A stretch of 63,626 nt of DNA from a virus. Positions 62,906 to 63,626 of the stretch are shown piece by piece (within the stretch, counting starts at the first letter, position 1; each line of letters opens with the position of its first letter). The position numbers and the translations under genes were made by a program. The stretch covers positions 1 to 63,626 of the IMG/VR virus record IMGVR_UViG_3300045988_147865, one strand, 5' to 3'. A model generated the notes under the pieces. That model was not told the DNA's origin. It saw nothing but the letters and a program-made list of their open reading frames with translations, and made no database searches.

Positions 62906-63626
62906 ATGAAAACAGATGGCTACATATTTACTCCAGAGCTGTTGCAGTGGCGTTACTTCCATCGTCCTGTGGTCGTTCAGGTGCTCATCCATGTGCTCCT
63001 CTCCTCCGCTCACAACGAGGCTTCCGCTGCAACCCTCTCTTATCGTGATTTGGCTCTACAGCTCCATACCACGGTCAAGACCATCCGTGTCGCCATCGAT
63101 GTGCTCATAGCCGAGAAAATCATCACCAAGTGCTCTGCTCCAAGAGCCTCAACCAAACTCTACGTTAACAGTTCTCACCCCCTATCCCACTGCATCATAC
63201 CGTGGCAAAGAGACCAAGGGGCACAGGTTACGGCACACTTCGGGGCACAGATTGGGGCACAATCTAGGGCACAGATTCAATCTTCCGAAGTTCCTTTAAA
63301 TAAAGGCGATTCCGAAGATTCAGAAACTAGCAAGGGCACAGATAAGGGCACAATTAAGGGCACGAATAGGGCACAATCTAGGGCACAGACAAAACAAGGG
63401 GCACAGCCAATGGCACAATCTGGGGCACAGATTTCACACACTGAAACCCCTTTAAATAAAGGTGATTCCGAAGATTTAGAGATAGTCAAGGGCACAGATA
63501 AGGACATAGCAAAGGGCACAGAAGTAAGAGAAAAGAAACAAATAAAAGAAAATCTTTCCCCTGAAACCCCTATAAAAGAAAACAAACAAAGAAAAGAGAA
63601 AGTCCACCCCCAAACACAAAAAAAAG
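62906..63626 (+). CDS. Replication initiator/organizer, N-terminal part. The gene runs off the window end and continues in frame at 3..740.
   Basis: ATG at 62906 with no stop to the window end. N-terminus is winged-helix-like (LSYRDLALQLHTTVKTIRVAIDVLIAEKII), followed by a GAQ/KGT repeat region encoded by GGGCACAG iterons. Not in the ORF track because it lacks a stop in the linear window. Confidence 0.6.
   Translation, partial: MKTDGYIFTPELLQWRYFHRPVVVQVLIHVLLSSAHNEASAATLSYRDLALQLHTTVKTIRVAIDVLIAEKIITKCSAPRASTKLYVNSSHPLSHCIIPWQRDQGAQVTAHFGAQIGAQSRAQIQSSEVPLNKGDSEDSETSKGTDKGTIKGTNRAQSRAQTKQGAQPMAQSGAQISHTETPLNKGDSEDLEIVKGTDKDIAKGTEVREKKQIKENLSPETPIKENKQRKEKVHPQTQKK
63218..63521 (+). repeat. 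Iteron array (about 16 copies of GGGCACA[G/A], mostly at 12-bp spacing) inside the replication gene. Origin candidate.
   Basis: Copies at 63218, 63232, 63242, 63254, 63266, 63333, 63345, 63357, 63368, 63380, 63398, 63411, 63422, 63489 and 63513, plus a degenerate one at 63500. Confidence 0.7.
63552..63626. repeat. Terminal direct repeat, copy 2 (identical to 1..75).
   Basis: 75/75 nt identity with the window start. Confidence 0.95.

Noticed and set aside
63218-63521. A CRISPR-like array formed by the GGGCACAG repeats.
   Set aside because: The period is only 12 bp, with no spacer-sized unique segments. The repeats are in frame inside an ORF and no cas genes are present. Iterons explain them better.
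63277-63585. A 102-aa - strand ORF across the iteron region.
   Set aside because: It is the antisense reading of the repeat array (repetitive CAL/VPL strings). The + frame forms a continuous gene with recognisable N- and C-terminal domains.

Overview
The window is a complete, closed genome of a temperate tailed phage. The first 75 nt are identical to the last 75 nt, so the unique length is 63,551 bp. Signals point to a Bacteroidota host: TAnnTTTG-like -7 boxes, a Bacteroides-type tyrosine integrase with an arm-binding N-terminus, and lipobox and signal peptides. Layout: (i) An early/replication block on the + strand runs from about 57.9 kb, across the window junction, to about 7.2 kb. It holds XRE/excisionase-like regulators, an ASCH protein, a C5-cytosine methyltransferase locus, a replication organizer with internal iterons, a VRR-NUC nuclease and a small DPPH methyltransferase split by an in-frame TAG. 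(ii) A + strand late operon (7.3-11.7 kb) ends in a 956-aa protein. (iii) Late blocks on the - strand carry the holin/GH19 endolysin/unimolecular spanin cassette, an LRR receptor-binding protein and a 1,233-aa SGNH + CotH-like fibre. They also carry the scaffold, putative capsid and portal genes, with a + strand rhomboid-like gene and terL interposed. (iv) A single 5,185-aa ORF (35002..50559, 24% of the genome) has the architecture of a polyvalent virion/ejection protein. It contains an embedded C5-methyltransferase, a pyrophosphatase-like module, two paralogous HExxH-type modules, low-complexity linkers and hydrophobic segments. (v) A lysogeny module (53.0-57.4 kb) holds the integrase, a CI-like repressor and a three-gene envelope/nuclease cassette that looks like a prophage defence or exclusion system. 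The points most worth follow-up are the giant polyvalent ORF and the C5-methyltransferase locus at 61.6-62.9 kb, where two same-strand reading frames both carry protein-like motifs over about 1 kb. Also notable are a 4-copy hairpin family with compensatory stem changes, a 5-copy late-operon motif (GTTGCGCAACTTATCAC), 12-bp-periodic iterons inside the replication gene, a 139-nt tRNA-like element, a phage rhomboid homologue and the in-frame TAG. All functional calls come from motif reading by eye; no searches were run.
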